Below, one piece after another: positions 49,669-58,489 of a stretch of 64,000 bases of DNA (within the stretch, counting starts at the first letter, position 1; every line of letters starts with the position of its first letter). The translations under genes were made by a program, and so were the position numbers. The notes under the pieces are model-generated. The model was not told the origin of the DNA and made no database searches. It saw only the letters and a list, made by a program, of their open reading frames with translations. The stretch is from Christensenellales bacterium. GTDB lineage: Bacteria; Bacillota; Clostridia; Christensenellales; DTU072. The stretch lies in NCBI GenBank assembly GCA_050309775.1, contig JBNRMV010000001.1, positions 95,014-159,013 on the forward strand, written 5' to 3'.

Positions 49669-50340
49669 CTATTTGTCGGAATATCTGATTCCCACATGCA
49701 TGGCATCGCAAAAGGGCATATTGTTGGAATGCCCGCATCGACAAAGCGTCACTCTGTTTCGCCTTTCGTACTCAAAGCCATCGGCGGACACTATTTTTAT
49801 GTAGCCCTTAACAAAAATCGGACCGCTGACGCCTTCTTCGGGGTCTTGCAAAATCTCTATTGAGGGGGCATGGGGCGGTTCTATTTCTGTGCCGTCTTTC
49901 TCCATAGCCACCAAACGCCCGGCAGGACATTCATATGCGGCTATTATGGCTTCCTTTTTGTCGGCATCGCAATTTGCCCTCTCTGCCAACATCCAGGCGT
50001 CGCCCTTTTCGCGGTGACAAAACCTTGCAAAAGCGCATCTGCCGTCGTCAAGCAAATCCATCATTTTGCCCTCAATCTTTTCTTGCAGCCTGTCCATAAA
50101 CTTGGCTCTTGACGCCGTTTCTTCACCTTCAAAGCCTGCTTGGACATGCTTGCCGTCGCAAAAAGGCGCTGTCTCCGATATTCCGCAGCGGCACAGCGCA
50201 TAAACCTGTTTTTGCGGCAAACTTCTGCCTTCGGTCAGCACATAATGGTTTCCTACGGGAGTGATGATTTTTTCACTTATCGGAATGCCTCCGCTTACAA
50301 TATACGGTCCGTTTTTTGCAATAACTATTTTTTGTTCCAT
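49669..50340 (-). CDS. CDGSH iron-sulfur domain protein with a central extra Cys cluster
   Basis: Two CDGSH-type motifs (CRCGISETAPFCDGKH and CRCGHSNNMPFCDAMH) flank C..C....C...C(P) spacing. Confidence 0.8.
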   Translation of the reverse strand: MEQKIVIAKNGPYIVSGGIPISEKIITPVGNHYVLTEGRSLPQKQVYALCRCGISETAPFCDGKHVQAGFEGEETASRAKFMDRLQEKIEGKMMDLLDDGRCAFARFCHREKGDAWMLAERANCDADKKEAIIAAYECPAGRLVAMEKDGTEIEPPHAPSIEILQDPEEGVSGPIFVKGYIKIVSADGFEYERRNRVTLCRCGHSNNMPFCDAMHVGIRYSDK

Positions 50341-50483
50341 ATCTTTTCCTTATATCGTTTTTTATATTATAAGCCCAAAGCTGCCCATGGGTCAATACCG
50401 AGGTCAGGATTGCAATAAAAAGGGCAAAAAGTGTTTTGATTGATTTTATGTTATGCTATAATGAAATGCAAAGAGAGGTTATT

Positions 50484-51533
50484 ATGAAATTTACTTTTAG
50501 ATGGTACGGAGAAAAAGATTCGATAACGCTGGAAAAAATTCGCCAAATACCCGTAATTAAGGGTATTGTATGTTCGGTATATGACACACCGCCGGGGGAG
50601 GTTTGGAAACGGAAGGATATCGCCAAGATAAAACAAGCCGCCGAAAGCAACGGTCTGGAATTTGAAGTAGTAGAGAGCGTACCCGTGCATGAGGACATAA
50701 AGCTGGGACGGGTCGACACTCGTGACGGGTATATTGACAACTATATCGAAACCATAAAAAGGCTGGCAGAGGCGGGCATAAAAGTAATTTGCTACAACTT
50801 TATGCCGGTATTTGACTGGATGAGAAGCGACCTCAACAAAAAGAATGCCGACGGCTCGCTTTCGCTGGCATACGACAATGAAGTAGTAAACAGTCTGAAC
50901 CCATTGACGCTTTCCGATGATTTGAACCTCCCGGCATGGGACAAGAGCATCGGCAGAGAGCGCATGAAAGAATTGCTGGAAACATATCAGACATTTACCG
51001 AAGAACAATATTTCAGCAATGTTAAATATTTTCTTGACAGGATTATACCGACGGCCGAGGCCTGCGGCATAATGATGGCAATTCATCCCGACGATCCGCC
51101 GTGGAGCATTTATGGCTTGCCCAGAATAATAGGAAAGAAAGAAAACCTACAAAGGTTCCTCAATCTGAACAACAGCGTAAACAACGGTCTGACGCTTTGC
51201 ACAGGCTCGTTGGGAGTCGACGCCGACAACAACATTTCCGAACTGGCGCAGCTTGCAAAAGGCAGAATACACTTTGTGCATATGCGCAATGTGCTGATTA
51301 CGGGTGAGAAAAGTTTTCAAGAGACAGCACACCCGTCAGAATGCGGCAGCCTTGACATGTACAATATATTAAAAACGCTTGTTGACAACGGATTTGACGG
51401 CTATATTCGCCCCGACCACGGCAGACAGATTTGGGGAGAGAGCGGCAACGCCGCCGGTTATGGTTTATATGACAGGGCGCTGGGCGCAATGTATCTTGCC
51501 GGGCTTTATGAAGCAATAAAAAAGGCAGACTAA
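50484..51533 (+). CDS. uxuA: Mannonate dehydratase
   Basis: MKFTFRWYG...ITL..IRQIP N-terminus and overall UxuA-like length. ATG 50484 is preferred over the upstream ATG at 50436. Confidence 0.85.
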   Translation: MKFTFRWYGEKDSITLEKIRQIPVIKGIVCSVYDTPPGEVWKRKDIAKIKQAAESNGLEFEVVESVPVHEDIKLGRVDTRDGYIDNYIETIKRLAEAGIKVICYNFMPVFDWMRSDLNKKNADGSLSLAYDNEVVNSLNPLTLSDDLNLPAWDKSIGRERMKELLETYQTFTEEQYFSNVKYFLDRIIPTAEACGIMMAIHPDDPPWSIYGLPRIIGKKENLQRFLNLNNSVNNGLTLCTGSLGVDADNNISELAQLAKGRIHFVHMRNVLITGEKSFQETAHPSECGSLDMYNILKTLVDNGFDGYIRPDHGRQIWGESGNAAGYGLYDRALGAMYLAGLYEAIKKAD

Positions 51534-51650
51534 ACAACAAGGCGGCGGCATATCAGCAGGTAATAATTAAACATATAATACCAACATTCTTTGCCGAGAT
51601 TTTATTGTCAAATGGTATAAAATATGCTATTGTGTTTTACAGGAGAAACG

Positions 51651-52520
51651 ATGAAAAAACTTTTGGCAATAGTAATAATAATTATTTGTTTGGCGGTATT
51701 ATTTATGATCACGACGATAGGCGCTCAAAGCCAGGTTGGCAAAGCCCCGGAAATCACTGTGATGAGTTTCAATGTGCGTACCTTCACCATCGAGAGCAAT
51801 TCGCTCAACTTGTGGAAAAACAGAACAGAGTCAGTCCTTGCAGTCATTGCCGAGAATGACCCCGACATAATAGGATTTCAGGAACTAAAACCCGTACAGC
51901 TGGATTTCTTGGCAGAAAATTTGTCCAAAGACTACGGATATTTCGGAGAATTCCGCGACGCATTCCCATTGTTTTCAGAAGCAACGGCGGTATTTTATAA
52001 GAAAAAGCGTTTCAAAGCGCTGGAAAATAATACATATTGGCTGTCAGAGACCCCCGAAGAAATCAGCAGAGGTTGGGATGCCTCAATGAACAGAATCTGG
52101 ACGCAGGTATTGCTGAAAGACGGTCACACGGGAAAGACATTTGCCTTTTTCAACACGCACCTTGACCACATAGGCAATGTGGCGCGTCACGAAAGCGTGT
52201 TGCTGCTCAACAGGCGCATTGCCGCAATGAACTGTCCCGCCGTACTGGTCGGAGACTTCAATTTTAACGAAAACTCTCCTCATTACGAATGGGCCGTTGC
52301 CGACATTATGCGTGACACAAAGTATCTTGCCGCCGACTCAGATGACGGCGGTACCTTTCATGGTTTCAAAGGCGATGCCGGTTCCTCACCCATAGACTTC
52401 ATATTTGTTACGGCTGGGCATTTTGAGGTGGATTCCTACAAAATTATTCGCACTCCCAACCCAAAAGGCACATACCCGTCCGACCATTTTCCCATAAAAG
52501 CCGTCGTTAGACTTTTATAA
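51651..52520 (+). CDS. Secreted endonuclease/exonuclease/phosphatase (EEP) family protein
   Basis: Signal peptide, then GFQELKP, NTHLDH, LVGDFNF and SDHFPI motifs. ATG 51651 follows an AGGAG RBS. Confidence 0.8.
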   Translation: MKKLLAIVIIIICLAVLFMITTIGAQSQVGKAPEITVMSFNVRTFTIESNSLNLWKNRTESVLAVIAENDPDIIGFQELKPVQLDFLAENLSKDYGYFGEFRDAFPLFSEATAVFYKKKRFKALENNTYWLSETPEEISRGWDASMNRIWTQVLLKDGHTGKTFAFFNTHLDHIGNVARHESVLLLNRRIAAMNCPAVLVGDFNFNENSPHYEWAVADIMRDTKYLAADSDDGGTFHGFKGDAGSSPIDFIFVTAGHFEVDSYKIIRTPNPKGTYPSDHFPIKAVVRLL

Positions 52521-52540
52521 AATACAATTCTCGACAAACA

Positions 52541-52571
52541 AAAAGGTTGCCCGAATGTAGGCAACCTTTTT
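52541..52571. terminator. Bidirectional intrinsic terminator between the EEP gene and glnN
   Basis: AAAAGGUUGCC-cgaaugua-GGCAACCUUUU, with A/U runs on both sides. Confidence 0.8.
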
Positions 52572-52594
52572 GCATATTATGGTAGTGAAATACA

Positions 52595-54688
52595 TTAGTT
52601 TACGCTGTACAATATCTCCCCGTATGCCGGATAGGGCCAGTATTTTTTGGCGACCAGCGTTTCAAGTTCGTCCACAACGCTGCGCAGCGTTTGCATTGAC
52701 AAAAAGACATTGTCATGATAATGCAAAGCTGTTTCATAGCAGTACCTGTCTTTACTGGCTTGCAGAACGGAAATTTCCAGAGCGTTGATTTTGCTGTACA
52801 TTGATGCCGACAGCGATGATATTTTTGTCAGTAGGGTTTGTTCAAGCGTGCAGTCAAGTTCTATGCCCAGCGATTTTTTACTTGCCACAAGTTCTGAAAG
52901 TTCCTTTGAGAAGGTGACAATGGCAGGGATTATGTCTTTTTTGACCATGTCCAAAATAGTCAGCGCCTCAATATGAATTATTTTGCAATAGTTTTCAAAC
53001 ATAATCTCCTGACGGGAATGCACTTCGTTTTCGGTGAAGATGCCGTGCCGCTCAAAAAGCTCTATGTTCTTTTTGTTTGTGAAACAGGGCAGTGCGTCAA
53101 CGGTGGACTTCATATTTAATAGCCCTCTCTTTGCTGCCTCCTGCGTCCATGCCTCGGAATAGTTGTTGCCGTTGAAGATTATTTTTTTGTGCTTCTTTAT
53201 GGTTTGGCTGATAAGATTGTTCAGTTCAGCATTGAAGTCCTCGGCATTTTCCAGAATGTCGGCAAACTCCTTCAAAGCGTCGGCAACTATGGTGTTTATG
53301 ACGATATTTGCGCCTGAAATGCTGCTGGACGAGCCGGGCATTCTGAATTCAAACTTGTTTCCTGTGAAAGCAAAAGGACTGGTTCTGTTGCGGTCGGTGG
53401 TATCCTTCGGGAAATAAGGCAAAGTGTCGACGCCTATTTCCAGACGGGATACGGCTTTGGCGCTGTACTTTGTTTTTGTTTCAAGGGATTCCAGAATGGA
53501 GGTAAGCTCATCACCCAAGAACATTGAAATGATAGCCGGCGGCGCTTCGTTGGCGCCCAAACGGTGGTCATTGCCTGCGCTGGCTACGCTGAGGCGCAAC
53601 AAATCCTGATACTCATCTACCGCCTTGATTATGGCGGTAAGGAATAGCAAAAATTGCGCGTTGTCGCAGGGAGTGTCGCCCGGCTCAAGCAGATTTATGC
53701 CCTTGTTGGTAATAATGGACCAGTTATTATGTTTGCCGCTGCCGTTTATGCCTGTAAAAGGCTTTTCGTGGAGCAGACACGCCATGCCGTGCTTGTTTGC
53801 CAGCGTTTTTAGCGTTTCCATGGTTATTTGATTATGGTCGGTGGCAATGTTTGTTGTTTGGAATATGGGCGCAAGTTCATGCTGCGCCGGCGCTACTTCG
53901 TTGTGCTTGGTCTTTGCCAGCACGCCCATTTTCCACAATTGTTCGTCAAGTTCTGCCATGAATGCCGCTACTCTGGGTTTTATGGCGCCGAAATAATGGT
54001 CCTCAAGGTCCTGTCCTTTCGGCGGTCTGGCTCCAAGCAGCGTCCTGCCGCAATACATAAGGTCAGGTCTGCGGTTGAGCATGGAGCGGTCTATAAGGAA
54101 GTATTCTTGTTCGGGTCCGACGGTGGTTGTGACAGATACTGTGTCCTCGTGACCGAACAATTTCAAAATTCTTTTGGCTTGTTTTGAGATGACTTGCATT
54201 GAGCGCAGCAAAGGCGTTTTTTTGTCAAGCACCTCTCCGCCGTATGAGCAGAATGCCGTAGGTATGCAAAGAGTGCCGTCTTTTATGAAAGCATAGGAGG
54301 TGGGGTCCCATGCGGTATAGCCTCTTGCTTCAAAAGTTGCGCGCAAGCCGCCCGAGGGAAAACTTGAAGCGTCAGGCTCGCCTTTTATTAGGGACTTGCC
54401 CGAGAATTCCATAATGACCCTGCCGTCTCTTGTCGGCGTGATAAAGCTGTCGTGTTTTTCGGCGGTGATACCTGTCATCGGCTGGAACCAATGGGTATAA
54501 TGCGTCACGCCTTGTTCGACTGCCCAGTCTTTCATTGCGCTTGCGACGGTGTCGGCAATATCTGCAGACAGCGGCTCGCCATTAAATATGGTTCTTTTCA
54601 GCGCCTTGTAAGTTTCGTGCGGCAGTCTGTCGCGCATAACCTTATCATTAAAGACCAGCGAACCGAAAATTTCACTAACATTTTTCAT
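52595..54688 (-). CDS. glnN: Glutamine synthetase type III
   Basis: About 697 aa with a GSIII-type N-terminus ([16 protein letters not shown]) and catalytic blocks ([19 protein letters not shown]). ATG 54688 follows an AGGAGG RBS, and the track ORF extends upstream spuriously. Confidence 0.9.
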   Translation of the reverse strand: MKNVSEIFGSLVFNDKVMRDRLPHETYKALKRTIFNGEPLSADIADTVASAMKDWAVEQGVTHYTHWFQPMTGITAEKHDSFITPTRDGRVIMEFSGKSLIKGEPDASSFPSGGLRATFEARGYTAWDPTSYAFIKDGTLCIPTAFCSYGGEVLDKKTPLLRSMQVISKQAKRILKLFGHEDTVSVTTTVGPEQEYFLIDRSMLNRRPDLMYCGRTLLGARPPKGQDLEDHYFGAIKPRVAAFMAELDEQLWKMGVLAKTKHNEVAPAQHELAPIFQTTNIATDHNQITMETLKTLANKHGMACLLHEKPFTGINGSGKHNNWSIITNKGINLLEPGDTPCDNAQFLLFLTAIIKAVDEYQDLLRLSVASAGNDHRLGANEAPPAIISMFLGDELTSILESLETKTKYSAKAVSRLEIGVDTLPYFPKDTTDRNRTSPFAFTGNKFEFRMPGSSSSISGANIVINTIVADALKEFADILENAEDFNAELNNLISQTIKKHKKIIFNGNNYSEAWTQEAAKRGLLNMKSTVDALPCFTNKKNIELFERHGIFTENEVHSRQEIMFENYCKIIHIEALTILDMVKKDIIPAIVTFSKELSELVASKKSLGIELDCTLEQTLLTKISSLSASMYSKINALEISVLQASKDRYCYETALHYHDNVFLSMQTLRSVVDELETLVAKKYWPYPAYGEILYSVN

Positions 54689-54707
54689 CCAAAACCTCCT
54701 TATGTTA

Positions 54708-54752
54708 TAAAAAAAGCGCCGTAGGTGAAACAACCTACAGCGCCATTGCTGT
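54708..54752 (-). promoter_or_regulatory. glnN leader attenuator: 5' hexaloop hairpin overlapping an intrinsic terminator
   Basis: The minus-strand RNA reads ACAGC-AAUGGC-GCUGU, then GGCGCUGUAGGU-uguuuc-ACCUACGGCGC followed by U7, ending about 10 nt before the RBS. No upstream minus-strand gene exists for it to terminate. Confidence 0.6.
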
Positions 54753-54759
54753 TTGTAAT

Positions 54760-54789
54760 AGTATAGTATATGTTTTTGCGGACAGTCAA
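54760..54789 (-). promoter_or_regulatory. Candidate glnN promoter
   Basis: On the minus strand: TTGACT (54784-54789), an 18-nt spacer, then TATACT (54760-54765). Confidence 0.45.
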
Positions 54790-54880
54790 GTATTTTGATA
54801 AGAAAAATACAAAAAAAATGATAATCTGTTGCCGTAAGATTTTCTTGGAAGATTTTTTTGAAAATGTACATCGAAAATAT

Positions 54881-54909
54881 TTGACATCATATATATGGTA
54901 ATGTAATAT
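54881..54909 (+). promoter_or_regulatory. Promoter of the split glutamate synthase operon
   Basis: TTGACA (54881-54886), a 17-nt spacer, then TAATAT (54904-54909). Confidence 0.65.
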
Positions 54910-54921
54910 AAAATTATAAAC

Positions 54922-54990
54922 GGACAAAGGCGTTCATCAATATAGAAGACCTAACAAAAGGGAGTTTTCTGCATTGATGAGCGCCTTTTT
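54922..54990 (+). promoter_or_regulatory. GOGAT-operon leader attenuator: 5' hexaloop hairpin overlapping a long terminator
   Basis: GGAC-AAAGGC-GUUC (54922-54935). A 13-bp stem GGCGUUCAUCAAU / AUUGAUGAGCGCC (54929-54941 with 54973-54985) is followed by UUUUU. No upstream plus-strand gene exists for it to terminate. Confidence 0.55.
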
Positions 54991-55020
54991 CTATTTTAGC
55001 AAAAGAAGGAGAAAGACAGC

Positions 55021-56103
55021 ATGCAAAGAGAAGGAGAAGTCAGAATTCCGTCGGGCTGCGCCATATCGGGGATATTTCACAAGAAAGGCGGCAACATAAA
55101 CGGCAGAGAAATAATAAAATCCATAGCTGTAATGCACGACAGGTCAAACGGCTTGGGCGGTGGCTTTGCCGGATACGGCATATATCCCGAGTATAAGAAT
55201 TATTATGCCTTCCATGTTTTTTATGACGACAAAGCCGCAAAAGAAAGGTGCGAAGTTTTTTTAGAGAACCATTTTGACATAGTAAATCTGTCGCGCATTC
55301 CCACGAAAAAAATTGATAAAATAAGGAATGAGCCTCTCATTTGGCGGTATTTTGTTACGCCGCTGCCCACAAAACTTGCCAGTCGGCAGCTTGACGAAAG
55401 GGAATATGTGGCGCAGTGCGTAATAAATATAAACAGCAAGATAGACGGCGCCTATATCTTTTCCAGCGGCAAGAATATGGGTGTTTTTAAGGCGGTGGGA
55501 TATCCCGAAGATGTCGGAGAATTTTATATGCTGGACAACTATGAGGGCTATTGCTGGACGGCGCATGGCAGATATCCCACGAACACCCCGGGTTGGTGGG
55601 GCGGTGCGCACCCGTTCGGCATTTTGGACTATTCAGTGGTGCATAACGGCGAAATAAGCTCCTATGACGCAAACAGAAGATATATTGAAAGTTATGGCTA
55701 TAAATGTAATCTCTTGACGGATACGGAAGTAATAAGCTATATCATTGACTTTCTTAACCGCCGTCAGCAATTGAGTTTTCTGGACATAGCCGGCGTAATT
55801 GCCGCGCCATTTTGGTCGACAATATCAAAACTTGACGAAGAACAGCAACAAAAACTGACCTATTTCCGCAACAATTATGCCAGTTTACTTATCACCGGGC
55901 CTTTTTCAATATTAGTAGGCAGTCAGGGCAGGCTGATGGCGCTTAATGACAGGCTCAAACTGCGTTCGCTTGTCGTGGCGGAAAATGATGATATGGCTTA
56001 TGTGGCAAGCGAGGAGTGCGCCATAAGAATACTTGAGCCGCAAATAACAAAATTGTATGCGCCAAAGGGCGGAGAAGCTGTGGTGTTCAGCTTAGAGGAA
56101 TAA
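55021..56103 (+). CDS. Glutamate synthase, class-II glutamine amidotransferase domain protein (GltB domain 1)
   Basis: A propeptide precedes CAISGI (Ntn Cys), followed by HGRYPTNT and HNGEISSY motifs. Confidence 0.85.
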   Translation: MQREGEVRIPSGCAISGIFHKKGGNINGREIIKSIAVMHDRSNGLGGGFAGYGIYPEYKNYYAFHVFYDDKAAKERCEVFLENHFDIVNLSRIPTKKIDKIRNEPLIWRYFVTPLPTKLASRQLDEREYVAQCVININSKIDGAYIFSSGKNMGVFKAVGYPEDVGEFYMLDNYEGYCWTAHGRYPTNTPGWWGGAHPFGILDYSVVHNGEISSYDANRRYIESYGYKCNLLTDTEVISYIIDFLNRRQQLSFLDIAGVIAAPFWSTISKLDEEQQQKLTYFRNNYASLLITGPFSILVGSQGRLMALNDRLKLRSLVVAENDDMAYVASEECAIRILEPQITKLYAPKGGEAVVFSLEE

Positions 56104-56106
56104 TAT

Positions 56107-57606
56107 ATGGAATACTTATTTAATGAATATGAAGTAGAGAGAGACGATTATCGCTGCTCAAGGTGCGAGGTGTGCGCCAAGCAATGCGCCAACGGTGTGC
56201 ATAAACTTAACGAGCTGACCAAGTCAATGGAAGCCGACAACTTCAAATGCGTAAATTGTCACAGGTGCGTCAGCCTTTGTCCGTCAAATGCGCTGAAAAT
56301 AATCAAAAACCGCCATACATTCAAAGACAATGCCAACTGGTCAAGGGATAACATAACCGAGATATTCAAACAAGCCGCTACCGGCGGAGTGCTGTTGTCG
56401 AGCATGGGAAACCCAAAGGATTATCCGGGGTATTTTGACCGAATGCTGATAAACGCATCTCAAGTCACCAACCCGTCCATTGACCCGCTGCGTGAACCTA
56501 TGGAAACAAAGACCTTTTTGGGTAAAAAAATTACGGACATTGTGCGTGACTCTCAGGGCAACACAGTGTATAAGAACAAACCCGTGCTGGAACTTTCTGT
56601 GCCGATAATGTTTTCTGCAATGTCATACGGCTCAATAAGCTACAACGCGCATGAAAGTCTGGCGAGGGCAAGCCGGGAGTTGGGCATTTATTACAACACC
56701 GGAGAGGGCGGATTGCACAAGGATTTTTATGGCTATGGCGCAAACACCATAGTGCAGGTAGCGTCAGGCAGGTTCGGCGTACACAAAGAGTATCTTGAAA
56801 CAAGCGCGGCTATTGAAATAAAAATGGGACAGGGTGCAAAACCCGGCATTGGCGGACATCTCCCCGGCTATAAAATAATAAAAGACATCTCCGAAACCAG
56901 AATGATACCCGAAGGCAGCGACGCCATATCGCCAGCGCCTCACCATGACATTTATTCCATTGAGGACTTGCGGCAGCTGGTCTATTCGCTGAAAGAGGTA
57001 ACAAACTACAAGAAACCCATTATAGTCAAAATTGCCGCAGTGCATAATGTGGCGGCTATTGCCAGCGGCGTTGCTAGAAGCGGCGCCGACATAATAGCCA
57101 TAGACGGCTACCGCGGCGGCACAGGAGCCGCACCAACAAGAATTAGGGACAATGTGGGCATACCCATTGAACTGGCTCTTGCCGCCGTTGACGAAAGACT
57201 GCGGCGGGAGGGCATAAGAGAGGAAGTGTCAATAGTAGTCGGAGGCAGCATCAGAAACAGCGCCGATGTTGTAAAGGCGGTTGCGCTGGGCGCCGACGCC
57301 GTTTATATAGCTACAAGCGCGCTGATTGCGCTGGGGTGCCATTTGTGCAGAAACTGTCAGATGGGCAAGTGCAACTGGGGCATAGCCACTCAGGACGCCG
57401 AACTTGTAAGAAGGCTGAATCCCGATATCGGCAGCAAGCGGTTGGTAAACCTCATAACCGCTTGGCAACACGAAATAAAAGAAATGATGGGCGGCATGGG
57501 CATAAATTCAATTGAAGCATTGAAAGGCAACAGGTTTATGCTGCGCGGCATTGGACTGAACGCAAAAGAATTGGACATTCTCGGCATAAAGCATGCAGGG
57601 GAATAG
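56107..57606 (+). CDS. Glutamate synthase FMN/Fe-S domain protein with an N-terminal 2x[4Fe-4S] ferredoxin module (GltB domain 2)
   Basis: CSRCEVCAKQC...CVNCHRCVSLCP, then the FMN-domain blocks KMGQGAKPGIGGHLPG, SPAPHHDIYSIEDL and DGYRGGTGAAP. Confidence 0.88.
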   Translation: MEYLFNEYEVERDDYRCSRCEVCAKQCANGVHKLNELTKSMEADNFKCVNCHRCVSLCPSNALKIIKNRHTFKDNANWSRDNITEIFKQAATGGVLLSSMGNPKDYPGYFDRMLINASQVTNPSIDPLREPMETKTFLGKKITDIVRDSQGNTVYKNKPVLELSVPIMFSAMSYGSISYNAHESLARASRELGIYYNTGEGGLHKDFYGYGANTIVQVASGRFGVHKEYLETSAAIEIKMGQGAKPGIGGHLPGYKIIKDISETRMIPEGSDAISPAPHHDIYSIEDLRQLVYSLKEVTNYKKPIIVKIAAVHNVAAIASGVARSGADIIAIDGYRGGTGAAPTRIRDNVGIPIELALAAVDERLRREGIREEVSIVVGGSIRNSADVVKAVALGADAVYIATSALIALGCHLCRNCQMGKCNWGIATQDAELVRRLNPDIGSKRLVNLITAWQHEIKEMMGGMGINSIEALKGNRFMLRGIGLNAKELDILGIKHAGE

Positions 57607-57649
57607 CCGAAATGCAAAAACTTTTTTCAAAAAAATTTGGAGGCAACAT

Positions 57650-58369
57650 ATGGTCATAAATGCGAAAAACATAAATTTTGACGAACTCAACGCCGCCATA
57701 AGGCAAAGTCCGGATACTGAGATATTTATAAAAAACTGTTACGGACAGCGTTATATCGGAACGGGAGTAGAAGGCAAGCAAATACACATAGAGGGTACGG
57801 CAGGCAACGCCACCGGCGCCTATTTGAATGGCACGGATATTTTTGTCAAAGGCAATGCGCAAGACGCAATCGGCGATACTATGAACGCAGGCAAGATTGT
57901 CATTGACGGCAACGCAAGAGACGGCACGGGATACGGTGCCCGAGGCGGCAAAATATATATAAAAGGCAGCGTGGGATACCGCGCAGGCATACATATGAAA
58001 GCTTACAAAGACAAAAGACCCGTGCTGATTGTCGGAGAAAAGAGTGGCAGTTTTTTAGGGGAATATCAGGCAGGCGGTTATATAATTATTCTCAACCTTT
58101 CGGATACGCCCGGCAGTTTGGCAGGCAACTTCTGCGCTACGGGAATGCATGGCGGAAAGATGTTTTTCCGCACAAATACGCCGCTTGAAATAAATAGCGC
58201 CACGCTGATAACGCAAAAGGCGCAAGCAAACGACATGGCGGAGATTTTGCCGTATCTTGAAGAATATTGCGACTTACTGAATGTCGACAAAAAGATTCTT
58301 AGCGACGCATATCACATGATATTGCCCAATACCGTCAATCCTTACAAGCAGCTGTATACTTATAATTGA
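57650..58369 (+). CDS. Glutamate synthase GXGXG-repeat domain protein (GltB domain 3)
   Basis: Repeats GTAGNATGAYLNG, GNAQDAIGDTMNAG, GNARDGTGYGARGG and GSVGYRAG. ATG 57650 follows a GGAGG RBS. Confidence 0.85.
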   Translation: MVINAKNINFDELNAAIRQSPDTEIFIKNCYGQRYIGTGVEGKQIHIEGTAGNATGAYLNGTDIFVKGNAQDAIGDTMNAGKIVIDGNARDGTGYGARGGKIYIKGSVGYRAGIHMKAYKDKRPVLIVGEKSGSFLGEYQAGGYIIILNLSDTPGSLAGNFCATGMHGGKMFFRTNTPLEINSATLITQKAQANDMAEILPYLEEYCDLLNVDKKILSDAYHMILPNTVNPYKQLYTYN

Positions 58370-58434
58370 AAGATTATTGCAGGCTTGCTTGAATAAAAAA
58401 ACAAATCAATCAGATTTATCGCATATCATCCTTG

Positions 58435-58463
58435 TTTACAAATATGCGTAAAAAGGTTATTAT
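58435..58463 (+). promoter_or_regulatory. Candidate glnA promoter (short, unstructured leader)
   Basis: TTTACA, a 17-nt spacer, then TATTAT (58458-58463). Confidence 0.5.
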
Positions 58464-58489
58464 AAATATATTGAATTACGGAGGAACAT

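Noticed and set aside
54689-54871. 61-codon upstream extension of glnN in the track.
   Set aside because: It runs through the leader terminator and promoter. The GSIII homology starts at the Met at 54688, which has an AGGAGG RBS.
54689-55020. TnrA/GlnR-type boxes (TGTNAN7TNACA) in the glnN/GOGAT divergent region.
   Set aside because: Only partial TGTA/TACA fragments with the wrong spacing were found. Attenuation signals explain the region better.
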